A DNA stretch of 64,000 nucleotides from a virus, in the IMG/VR virus record IMGVR_UViG_3300008107_000017, positions 1-64,000 of that record; one strand, written 5' to 3'. The stretch's first letter is position 1; each line of letters opens with the position of its first letter. This document shows, in pieces, positions 17,967 to 26,542 of the stretch. The position numbers and the translations under genes were made by a program. The notes beneath the pieces were generated by a model. That model saw only the letters and a list, made by a program, of their open reading frames with translations. It did not search any database and was not told the origin of the DNA.

Positions 17967-18524
17967 ATGAAGAAGTGCTTAATTATAGATTTTGATGATA
18001 CTTTAGTAAAGACTATTGATGTACATGCAGAATCATGGCAACATGCTCTTGAGCGGGTATTGGATATTGAAATCCCGATTGAAAGCATACATGCTGATAT
18101 TAATTATGGAATGGATGTTCTATTAAAAAAATATCAACTATCCGAAGAAGAATCATTATTAGCACAAGAATATAAAAAAGATATATTCTCAAAAATGATT
18201 CATAGAACTCAGGTGAATCATTTATTACATTATGTTATAAAGAATCACTATCCTAAAAAATGTATTATAGCATCAAATTCTTCCAGAGAAAATGTTGATA
18301 AAATAATGGCATATCATGGAATTGATCCTAATCTATTTTTAGGAATTTATACTAGAGAAATGGTTTCTAAAAAGAAACCTCATCCTCAAATGGGGGAACT
18401 TATTTTTAATGATCATACTTCACATAGATGGAATAGAGAAGATTACCTAATGATAGGTGATTCTGAAGTTGATTCTACTTTTGCACGTAAACTTGGTATT
18501 GAATGTCTGATAGTAAAATTTTAA
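17967..18524 (+). CDS. HAD-family phosphatase/phosphomutase
   Basis: DFDDTL, IASNS, KKPHP, IGDS..D motifs. Confidence 0.82.
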   Translation: MKKCLIIDFDDTLVKTIDVHAESWQHALERVLDIEIPIESIHADINYGMDVLLKKYQLSEEESLLAQEYKKDIFSKMIHRTQVNHLLHYVIKNHYPKKCIIASNSSRENVDKIMAYHGIDPNLFLGIYTREMVSKKKPHPQMGELIFNDHTSHRWNREDYLMIGDSEVDSTFARKLGIECLIVKF

Positions 18525-19249
18525 TAGGAAACAGCGGGGATAGAGTATATCTCCACGAGGATCATGTAATTAAAGAAGCTGGAGTTTATCCTGAAAAGTT
18601 TAAGCAGCAGATGGATTGGCTTATTAATTGTCCACATCCTAACTTTATTAAGATTGATCCTATTGGTGAATTTTCATATAGAATGAAAAAGTTTCCAACA
18701 TGGTATGATCAAATTTGTGATCAACCTATTACAAAGTCTGTATCTCAATTAGAGGATCTTATTCAAATAATCAATAAGTTTGAAGGATATGGTAAAGATG
18801 TTGATACCAGATCATATCTTGATAAATTAGAAGGAAGAACCGGTTATTATTATGAAGGTAAACTCGATGGTGTTTCTAAATGGGGTTTTGTACATGGAGA
18901 CTTAACCGTAAGTAATATTCTTTATGATAATAAATTTATCTTTATTGATCCTAGGGGTACCGAAGAACAAGATTATTATGACTTTGGTAAACTTATGCAA
19001 TCGTTTGTGATGGAGTATGAAACCCATATATACAATAACCAAAGTACAAAATATTCAAGGTTTTGTAAAGAAGCTGAAAAGATTATGTATGAATGGTACG
19101 ATGAGTATCTTTTGAAATTTTATTTAGCGGTACATCTCTTAGGAGCTGTTCCATTTTTTGAATTGAATGAAAGATATGAATTGGCAGGTACCTTCCTTAA
19201 AAAAGGTCACGAGTTATTTAATGAACTTGAAATAAAATATTCAAAATGA
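18503..19249 (+). CDS. APH/choline-kinase-like phosphotransferase (probable sugar or small-molecule kinase)
   Basis: HGDLTVSNIL (Brenner motif), FIDPRG, YDFGKL. Confidence 0.75.
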   Translation: MSDSKILIGNSGDRVYLHEDHVIKEAGVYPEKFKQQMDWLINCPHPNFIKIDPIGEFSYRMKKFPTWYDQICDQPITKSVSQLEDLIQIINKFEGYGKDVDTRSYLDKLEGRTGYYYEGKLDGVSKWGFVHGDLTVSNILYDNKFIFIDPRGTEEQDYYDFGKLMQSFVMEYETHIYNNQSTKYSRFCKEAEKIMYEWYDEYLLKFYLAVHLLGAVPFFELNERYELAGTFLKKGHELFNELEIKYSK

Positions 19250-19950
19250 GTAGAGTAAAAAAGGCAATTATCCTGGCTGCTGGAAAATCAACCAGATACG
19301 GATCAAATAAATTAATTGATCCTATTCTCGGTAAATCAACAATTCAGTATTGTATTGAATTTTGCATTGAAAATGGAATTGAAGAAGCATACATAACAAT
19401 CAGTAAATCAGACTTCTTCTTTAAGAATAACATTAAGTTATCTCATCCTATTATTGAATCTTTATCACAATATAAAGATAAGATAGATATTTACTATGAA
19501 TTCCAAAAGGATGACGAGTATGGTCCTGGTGCTGCTATTAAAGCATGGCAAGGTGCCTTTTATGAACCGTTCCTTTGCCTATTTGGTGATAACTTTTATC
19601 GTGGAAATATTGGATTAGAATATCATGATCCTAAGAAGAGTGTAATTACCTATAGAGATTATGAAACGCGAGCAAGGAATCTCCAATTGGCAACTATCCT
19701 AGATAACGTGGTTGTGGAAAAACCGCACGGTGTAGTAAGCGGTAGATATTTTTGTGGTTATATGATATTTGCAAAAGAAGCATTTGATAATTTAAGCAGT
19801 ATTAAATTATCTAATCGTAATGAATATGAAATTACCCATCTTATCAATTCAATGAATAACCTGGATATTCAACATCTTGATATTGATTGGTATGATTTAA
19901 CATATGAACAAGATAAAAAAGTAATTGAAGAATTAATCCAAGCTAAATAA
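19246..19950 (+). CDS. Sugar-1-phosphate nucleotidyltransferase (RmlA-like)
   Basis: AIILAAGKSTR..NK, LFGDN, VEKP, S.R.EYEIT, W.D motifs. Confidence 0.85.
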   Translation: MSRVKKAIILAAGKSTRYGSNKLIDPILGKSTIQYCIEFCIENGIEEAYITISKSDFFFKNNIKLSHPIIESLSQYKDKIDIYYEFQKDDEYGPGAAIKAWQGAFYEPFLCLFGDNFYRGNIGLEYHDPKKSVITYRDYETRARNLQLATILDNVVVEKPHGVVSGRYFCGYMIFAKEAFDNLSSIKLSNRNEYEITHLINSMNNLDIQHLDIDWYDLTYEQDKKVIEELIQAK

Positions 19951-19951
19951 T

Positions 19952-21199
19952 ATGAAAGAAAATGTAAAAAAGGTAGGCTTCTTTAAACTTGGCAAGGCTA
20001 TTAAGTTTAATGAAAATAGTTGGAATGCGATTGGCGGAGATTGTGAACCTAAACAATTAATCTGTGCAATTGCAAAAAGAAATCCTAATGTCGAGTATTG
20101 GCTTCTTAGTCCAAATGATTTAGGAAAGGTTAGAGCAAAAGAAAAACCTAAAGCAGCACCTCTGTTTGGACCAGCACCAGAATCATCAAATACGATTCCT
20201 TCTAATATTAAGGAATTTCATTCTAAAATGGATGAAAGAAAATCAACCGAAGAAACAGTTGAAACTATTAAGTCATTAGGATTAGACTATATCTTTTTCT
20301 ATACAGGACCGGCAAGTACTGTAAATATTGAAAACTTTATTAATAAGGTTGATGGTACTGGTACTGTTAAGTCATTAGACTTCTTTAAGTATTATGCTGC
20401 ACCAATTATTAAGGCTCTTAATGAAATGCCAAAGACTCCTATTGTAGGTCTATTGGTTGATAATAGATTTATTCTTGCTGCAAAAGATTATCAGGCTCAT
20501 AACCGCCCTACTTATTATCTTGCACAGAATAATTTTGAATTGGATGAAGAGTATTTTTGTAATCCACCTACTCGTGAAACTGCAAAGATACATTCTACTT
20601 TTGAATATTCAGGAATTGAAACGGTATTCTTATTAGATAAGAAAAGATATAACATTGATGAATTATTTAATATGAAAAAGACTAATTCATTTATGATGTT
20701 ACAGAATCAAGGTAAAGGTTCCGGCGGAATGGATCGTTGGGATCCTGTTAGAGAATACATTGTTAAAACTGGTGTTCAAACCGATATCTATGGTAAATGG
20801 GATGAAGAATTGGTTCAACAATACCCTAATTACTTTAAGGGGGAAATGAGAATTGAATCTTTAACTAAAGAACTCCTTAACACTAAATATACATTCTGCG
20901 TTCCTATTAAAGAGGGTATGGTCACTTCTAAGTATGCTGAAATGCTGCACTATGGTATTATACCTTTCTTACATCCATCCTACGATACTGAATGTAATGT
21001 GTTTCCAAAGGATCATTTTATTCGTTGTAAATCACCTGAAGATCTTAAAAAGAAAATTGAGTATCTAAACGAAAACCCAGAGCATTATAAAACTTTATTC
21101 TATAACCTTCAAACTAAATATCTAAAAGATTCATATTATACCGGTGAACATGTTGATAACAAGATCTGGGAAGCATATGAACGCGTAACTCAAAATTAA
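19952..21199 (+). CDS. GT-B glycosyltransferase, probably T4 beta-glucosyltransferase-like DNA-modifying enzyme
   Basis: N-terminal KVGFFKLG..GGDCEP and C-terminal VTSKYAE.....IPF....YDT......FIR..SPEDL..KI..L resemble my recollection of the T4 BGT fold signature; needs profile confirmation. Confidence 0.6.
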   Translation: MKENVKKVGFFKLGKAIKFNENSWNAIGGDCEPKQLICAIAKRNPNVEYWLLSPNDLGKVRAKEKPKAAPLFGPAPESSNTIPSNIKEFHSKMDERKSTEETVETIKSLGLDYIFFYTGPASTVNIENFINKVDGTGTVKSLDFFKYYAAPIIKALNEMPKTPIVGLLVDNRFILAAKDYQAHNRPTYYLAQNNFELDEEYFCNPPTRETAKIHSTFEYSGIETVFLLDKKRYNIDELFNMKKTNSFMMLQNQGKGSGGMDRWDPVREYIVKTGVQTDIYGKWDEELVQQYPNYFKGEMRIESLTKELLNTKYTFCVPIKEGMVTSKYAEMLHYGIIPFLHPSYDTECNVFPKDHFIRCKSPEDLKKKIEYLNENPEHYKTLFYNLQTKYLKDSYYTGEHVDNKIWEAYERVTQN

Positions 21200-21206
21200 T
21201 TATAAA

Positions 21207-22229
21207 ATGTATAACAAAGAAACGAGAATCCTTATTACTGGTGGAGCCGGTTTTGTTGGAACAAATTTTATTAACGATCTCTTAAAACGAGGTCATAATC
21301 CAGACTGCATTGCGGTTGTAGATAATCTTTCACATGGTACTTATTTACCACAAGTTCATGACAGGATTAAAAACTTTTATCAGGAAGACATCCGTAATGA
21401 GTATGTAAAGAGTATCATTTCTGAATTTAAGCCTGAATACATTTATCACTTTGCAGGTCTTGTTTCAATTTATGATTGCCATGCTAATCCTTATGAAGCT
21501 GTTGATAATAACATTCTAGGTAGTATTAATATCCTAGATGCAGCAGCGGAGAGCGGAGTTAAAAGAATCATCTTTAGTGAAACTTCAGCGGTTTATGAAA
21601 ATGAATTAATGGCCCCTACTGGGTTTCACGAAGGTCAATCTGATCCTACTACAATTTATTCTACAACTAAAGCATGTCTTGCACTATTAGCAGAATCATA
21701 TTCACGTACAAAGGGTGTTAATTATACTGCTCTTCGTTACTTTAATGTAGCAGGCCCTCTTCAGGATTATAATAGAACGGTACCTCCGGTTTTTGCAGGT
21801 TTTATTATTCGTCTAATGGGTGGTAAGAATCCTATTATCTTTGGCGATCCTATGAAGGCAAGAGACTACATCGACGTAGATGACGTAAATGCCTTTCATA
21901 TGTTATGCATGGAAAATGAAGAAACTGCTAATCAAACATTTAATCTAGGTACTGGTAAAATGACAACCTTAGCGGATCTTAAAGATATCATCGGTAAGGT
22001 TATGGGAATTGAAACTGTTAATTATGACCAATATGGTGCTATTGCCGGTGAGGCTCTTAATATTCGTGCTGATATATCTAAAGCAAAATCTATGGGATGG
22101 GAACCTAAAAAGAGTATGGAAGATACAATTAAAGAAACCATTACATATCTAGAAGAAGAGGTAAAGAAAGGTAACATAGATCCCTATACATTTATGGAGG
22201 ATCTTCAAATTGAAAAAGTTAAAATATGA
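21207..22229 (+). CDS. NAD-dependent NDP-sugar epimerase/dehydratase (extended SDR)
   Basis: ITGGAGFVG, YSTTK (YxxxK), LRYFNVAGP, RDYIDVDDV. Confidence 0.9.
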   Translation: MYNKETRILITGGAGFVGTNFINDLLKRGHNPDCIAVVDNLSHGTYLPQVHDRIKNFYQEDIRNEYVKSIISEFKPEYIYHFAGLVSIYDCHANPYEAVDNNILGSINILDAAAESGVKRIIFSETSAVYENELMAPTGFHEGQSDPTTIYSTTKACLALLAESYSRTKGVNYTALRYFNVAGPLQDYNRTVPPVFAGFIIRLMGGKNPIIFGDPMKARDYIDVDDVNAFHMLCMENEETANQTFNLGTGKMTTLADLKDIIGKVMGIETVNYDQYGAIAGEALNIRADISKAKSMGWEPKKSMEDTIKETITYLEEEVKKGNIDPYTFMEDLQIEKVKI

Positions 22230-23488
22230 GTAAAGAAATTAAATGGGGTACAATTATTCCCCTTATCGGTGGAAGTGCAATAGGTTGTTCTAGGTCAGCT
22301 GAATCTAAACCTGCATTTCATTTAAGTTATGAAGCATTTGCTGCAAATGAAAGTCATATAGAAAGATATTGGGAAGGTATTCCTATGTATCGTTTAGATC
22401 ACCCTGAACTTGAGATTCCTAATAATACATTTGAAAATGTTGATTATGTAAACTCTGTATGTCCATGCGCAGGTCTTAGTCTACTTAATTCTGCTAGAGG
22501 TAGTGCCGCTTCTCGTGGATCTGACGCGGTTCAAAATAAATGGATGTATGAATCATCTGAATATATTTTAGAACACGTAAAACCTAAAGTTCTTTGGGGT
22601 GAAAATGCGCCAGGTCTTTTTACTAAAATGGGTGAAGGTGTAGTTCGTAGGCTTAAGGAAATTGCTGAAAAACATGGTTATAGTTTTTCTCTTATTAAAA
22701 CTAATACTGAATTGCATGGTATTCCTCAAAGAAGAATCCGTACATTCTATTTCTTTTGGAACACTCCAACTGTACCTATGTTGGATTGGAAATTTAGGGA
22801 AAGAAAAACTTTATTAGAATATCTAAATGAAATTCCTGAAGATGCAACTCTACAAGATATGTTTATGGTGGATGGAAAAGTAACTGACCACTTTAGACCT
22901 TATGAATTTATTCTTGAAAAGAAAGGTTTAACTCATGCAGAATTTGCTGCGGAATTTAAGAAAGGTACCATTGCACAATATCTCGATGAACATAAACTAA
23001 TTGATGAATGTATCTCTTGGTTACAAGAAAAATATCCAAAGGAAGGATTTTCTAATAAGAAAAGTACTAAAACGTTTATTGATATGCTCCAACACCAACA
23101 GGCTAAAGTTGATGATGGAAAAGGATATTGGGATGCATCTCCACACTTTTTCCATGATTCTTTTTCTGCTCTTATCGGAAGAAATATGTTTAACGGCGTA
23201 CACCCTGTAGAAAATCGTTATCTTAATGTAAGAGAAATGTTACATCTTATGGGTATGCCTCATGATTTTGAAATTCAAGATTCTCGCCACATAAATCATA
23301 TTGCACAAAATGTGCCAGTAAGAACTGCGCAGGATATGGCTGATGAGGTTAAAAAATTCTGTCAAGGTACTGCTAAAATGACACAGTATAAATTCATGAA
23401 GCAGGACAATACCTTAAATAAAATAATTGAAGTTGAAGAACTTAATCAAGAACCTAAAAAAAGATATAAAGTAAACAGTGTAATATGA
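22226..23488 (+). CDS. C5-cytosine DNA methyltransferase-like protein with atypical motif I
   Basis: Motif IV PCAGLS, VI ENAPGL, VIII GIPQRRIR, IX HP...RYLNVRE, X QNVP; motif I reads IPLIGG rather than FxGxGG. Confidence 0.8.
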   Translation: MSKEIKWGTIIPLIGGSAIGCSRSAESKPAFHLSYEAFAANESHIERYWEGIPMYRLDHPELEIPNNTFENVDYVNSVCPCAGLSLLNSARGSAASRGSDAVQNKWMYESSEYILEHVKPKVLWGENAPGLFTKMGEGVVRRLKEIAEKHGYSFSLIKTNTELHGIPQRRIRTFYFFWNTPTVPMLDWKFRERKTLLEYLNEIPEDATLQDMFMVDGKVTDHFRPYEFILEKKGLTHAEFAAEFKKGTIAQYLDEHKLIDECISWLQEKYPKEGFSNKKSTKTFIDMLQHQQAKVDDGKGYWDASPHFFHDSFSALIGRNMFNGVHPVENRYLNVREMLHLMGMPHDFEIQDSRHINHIAQNVPVRTAQDMADEVKKFCQGTAKMTQYKFMKQDNTLNKIIEVEELNQEPKKRYKVNSVI

Positions 23489-24495
23489 GAGAAAATGCAT
23501 TAGCGATTGGCGTTTCTAGCCATGAGTTTATGAACATTCTTTTAACATACTATCCTAAGGATGTTCAAGAAAATTTTGATATTTACCTTTTCTTAGATGA
23601 TACTAAAGTCACCGAGGAAAGTGTAAGAGAAGTTATAGGTAATCATAATATTGAATCATTCAAGAATGCAACCTATATCAGTATTAAGGGCGTATATGAT
23701 TATTATGTAGAGAAGCATGAGTATGAAGGTAAGGCTAAAGAATTCCTTTATACTCATGGCTGTCTATTTAAGGCTTTAATGCCAATGTATCTTTTAGATA
23801 AGTATAAAGTTAAAAGAACCTATGTTTCAGATGATGATGTATTTATCTTTAATGATTTAAGTTATATGTTTACCGAATACCAAGAGTTCGGTTATAAAAA
23901 AGAAAATCTTTTTAATCTAAGAAATGCTGATAAGTATGAAGTACTTTCTGCATTTAATGAAATCTTTGAAAGTAATTTTACATTAGAAGAAATGAATGCA
24001 TTATCAATTAATGCAGGAAATGTTATTTATGGCCATGATCCTAAAATGGAATATTACTTTCAAAGATTTATGAATCACAAGATGGTACATCACCTATTCT
24101 TTGATTTTGTAGGATATACGAGTTGGACTGTAGAACAGAGGTTCCATCATTTTAACTTTCATAGACTTAGAAAGGAAGGCAGAACTGTAAATATGTTAAA
24201 GAGTAAAGATCTTCGTCTTATGCAAAATGTTGATAAGGAAGCTCTTGCTAATAATATACAGCCTCTTTATCTAAAGCAAGTTACACCGTCACTTTTGCAT
24301 TATCCTATTGGAACAAAGAAGCCTATTTTCTTACGTCAGTTCTTACGAGGAATTGAGTGGAAGTTTGGATTTGAATATCAACCTAAATATGAATTGAAGG
24401 ATATCTTATATGATGAATCATGGAGACCTCCTGCATTTAAAGCAGTTCAAAGTAAAATGAAAAAATCTGCAGTTAAAGTGTCATCTGTCTTTTAA
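23485..24495 (+). CDS. Putative GT-A (GT8-like) glycosyltransferase
   Basis: YVSDDDVFI (DxD), INAG, EQ and LLHY motifs. Confidence 0.55.
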   Translation: MRENALAIGVSSHEFMNILLTYYPKDVQENFDIYLFLDDTKVTEESVREVIGNHNIESFKNATYISIKGVYDYYVEKHEYEGKAKEFLYTHGCLFKALMPMYLLDKYKVKRTYVSDDDVFIFNDLSYMFTEYQEFGYKKENLFNLRNADKYEVLSAFNEIFESNFTLEEMNALSINAGNVIYGHDPKMEYYFQRFMNHKMVHHLFFDFVGYTSWTVEQRFHHFNFHRLRKEGRTVNMLKSKDLRLMQNVDKEALANNIQPLYLKQVTPSLLHYPIGTKKPIFLRQFLRGIEWKFGFEYQPKYELKDILYDESWRPPAFKAVQSKMKKSAVKVSSVF

Positions 24496-24541
24496 TCTTA
24501 AAACCAAGTAATCAATAATCAATATAATTAAAAAACAAATA

Positions 24542-25291
24542 ATGGAAACCACAATTAACAAAATCGATGCATACGAATTAAGTTCGTTTGTTAAGAAGCT
24601 TCTTCCAATTGATAAATTCATCTTTATGAAGATTGGTAAGGAAGGAACCGTTTCATCAGTATATTTTCCTGAGAGAGATGCGGTTAAATTAGTTAACACG
24701 CCAACAAAGGATATCTTTGATGCAGAGATTAGTTCCCCGCTCAAGGTAAGCTTTTATAATGGGAGTAAAGTAATTGATGCTCTTACTCATTTTAACGGAG
24801 ATGTTAAAGGACGTATCAGATATACTGAATACGATGGAGAATTAATGGCAAGTGATTTTATCTTAGAAAATGATGATCTTCAAATCAGTCTTGCTTGTAC
24901 CGATCCTTCACTTTCTTTTATGGAAATGAGTAAAGAAGAAACTGATCGTGCCTTTGGTACCGATAACAAAATGTTTGAATTTGATCTTCTTACTACTCAT
25001 GTAGATAAAATGAAATCATTGTTTAACCTTGATAAGGATGAAGATACTTTTACTATTTACACAAGTAATAAAGGAATCTGTATCAAAGGTTCTTCATACG
25101 ATGCTACACTTTGTCATACATTTGAAAGTAATGTTGATAGCGGTGCAAAGGTGGTTATTTACAAAAAGTATTTGAACCTTCTAGATAAGGAAAATTACAA
25201 GGTAATGGTATGCGAGAATAAAGTAGTATTTCGTTCATTAGATACTAATACGCATCTTACTGTAGCCGTTGCTATTACTGATGAAGAATAA
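24542..25291 (+). CDS. DNA polymerase sliding clamp (gp45-like)
   Basis: 249-aa acidic alpha/beta protein directly upstream of the polymerase C-terminal gene, with a C-terminus of YKVMV...VVF...VAV typical of T4-like clamps. Confidence 0.6.
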   Translation: METTINKIDAYELSSFVKKLLPIDKFIFMKIGKEGTVSSVYFPERDAVKLVNTPTKDIFDAEISSPLKVSFYNGSKVIDALTHFNGDVKGRIRYTEYDGELMASDFILENDDLQISLACTDPSLSFMEMSKEETDRAFGTDNKMFEFDLLTTHVDKMKSLFNLDKDEDTFTIYTSNKGICIKGSSYDATLCHTFESNVDSGAKVVIYKKYLNLLDKENYKVMVCENKVVFRSLDTNTHLTVAVAITDEE

Positions 25292-25410
25292 TCTCATAAT
25301 CTATTAACTTAGATTCTCAAGCGGAGAGGAATGAAAATTCCTTTCCGTTACGAGTAATAACGGAATATTAAAGTTAAACCTTTTACAAAGGTTTCATATA
25401 AAAATAAAAT

Positions 25411-26529
25411 ATGACTGAAGAGATACAACAGATTAAAGAAGAGGCTTCCAAATATTATAACTATGAACAGGCTGTTAAGCTAATGCTTAACTCTATTTAT
25501 GGTGCATTTGGTAATCCTTACTTCTATTTCTTTAATGTTGATATTGCGGAAACTATTACTCTTCAGGGAAAGGATGCAATTCTCTACACTGAAAAACTAA
25601 TTAATAAATACTTCCGTGAATTTTGGCATAAAGATTTAGAAACCCATAAACAAATGGGTATTACTGTCACTGGTAAAATTGAAAAACCAGTAGGTATTTA
25701 TATTGATACGGATTCAATCTATGTTAAGTTTGATGAAGTTATTGAAAAATCTGATTGGTCTGGCAACGAAAAGGAGTTTATTCTTAACCTCTATAAAACT
25801 AGGTTAGCAGATTATATTGAAAAGATTCTTCAGAAATATGCTGATGATAATAATGCTGAAAACTTCTTAAGCTTTGAATTGGAGAGTATTGCTAAAAATG
25901 CAATATGGCTTGCCAAGAAAAAGTATATGCAAAACATTGTATGGAAAGATCCTGATATTCATTATGATGAACTAAGTAAAATTAGTGCCAAGGGGTTTGA
26001 GATTATTCAATCATCAACCCCACAGTTTGCAAGAGAGAAACTAAAGGAACTGTTAACCTATATCTTTTCAAATAACCAACTAAATATGAAAGAGTTTGCC
26101 GCTTTATTAAAAGATATTAAGAGGCAGTTTAAACTTGCAAATATTGATCAAATTAGTTTCTCTAAAAAGGTTAATAACTATCAAAACTACATTATTAATG
26201 ATTATGATCAATTTGAAATTGGTTCTAAATGCCCAATAGGTGTAAGGGCTGCAGGTTATCATAATTACCTTTTGAATAATAACAATAAACTTAAAGGAAA
26301 GTATAAGCCTTTAGGAAACGGTGAAAAATTAAAAATGTACTTTTCTACTGATAAATCATGTGATGTATTTGCATATACTCCGGGCGAATATCCTTATGAA
26401 TTTTCACCTCAAGTAGATTATGATGTACAATTTGAAAAGACAATTTTAGATCCAATAAATAGAGTAGTAACTGCAATGGGATTTAAGGGATTTAATAGAA
26501 ATCTTATTTATACAACGAGTTTATTCTAA
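25411..26529 (+). CDS. Family-B DNA polymerase, C-terminal subunit (motifs B and C, thumb); split gp43B-like
   Basis: KLMLNSIYGAFG (motif B), ITLQG, YIDTDS (motif C), KKKY, KGFE...SSTP. Confidence 0.92.
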   Translation: MTEEIQQIKEEASKYYNYEQAVKLMLNSIYGAFGNPYFYFFNVDIAETITLQGKDAILYTEKLINKYFREFWHKDLETHKQMGITVTGKIEKPVGIYIDTDSIYVKFDEVIEKSDWSGNEKEFILNLYKTRLADYIEKILQKYADDNNAENFLSFELESIAKNAIWLAKKKYMQNIVWKDPDIHYDELSKISAKGFEIIQSSTPQFAREKLKELLTYIFSNNQLNMKEFAALLKDIKRQFKLANIDQISFSKKVNNYQNYIINDYDQFEIGSKCPIGVRAAGYHNYLLNNNNKLKGKYKPLGNGEKLKMYFSTDKSCDVFAYTPGEYPYEFSPQVDYDVQFEKTILDPINRVVTAMGFKGFNRNLIYTTSLF

Positions 26530-26542
26530 AAATAAATAAAAT

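Noticed and set aside
12778-24495. Host chromosomal capsule or LPS locus misassembled into the phage
   Set aside because: Composition, SD-less A-rich leaders and phage-type promoters match the flanks, the block lies between two halves of the phage polymerase, and no flippase, polymerase or export genes are present.
9887-25410. Intron or intein explanation for the polymerase interruption
   Set aside because: The intervening DNA is ordinary genes, both halves have their own promoters, starts and stops, and no intein terminal motifs were seen.
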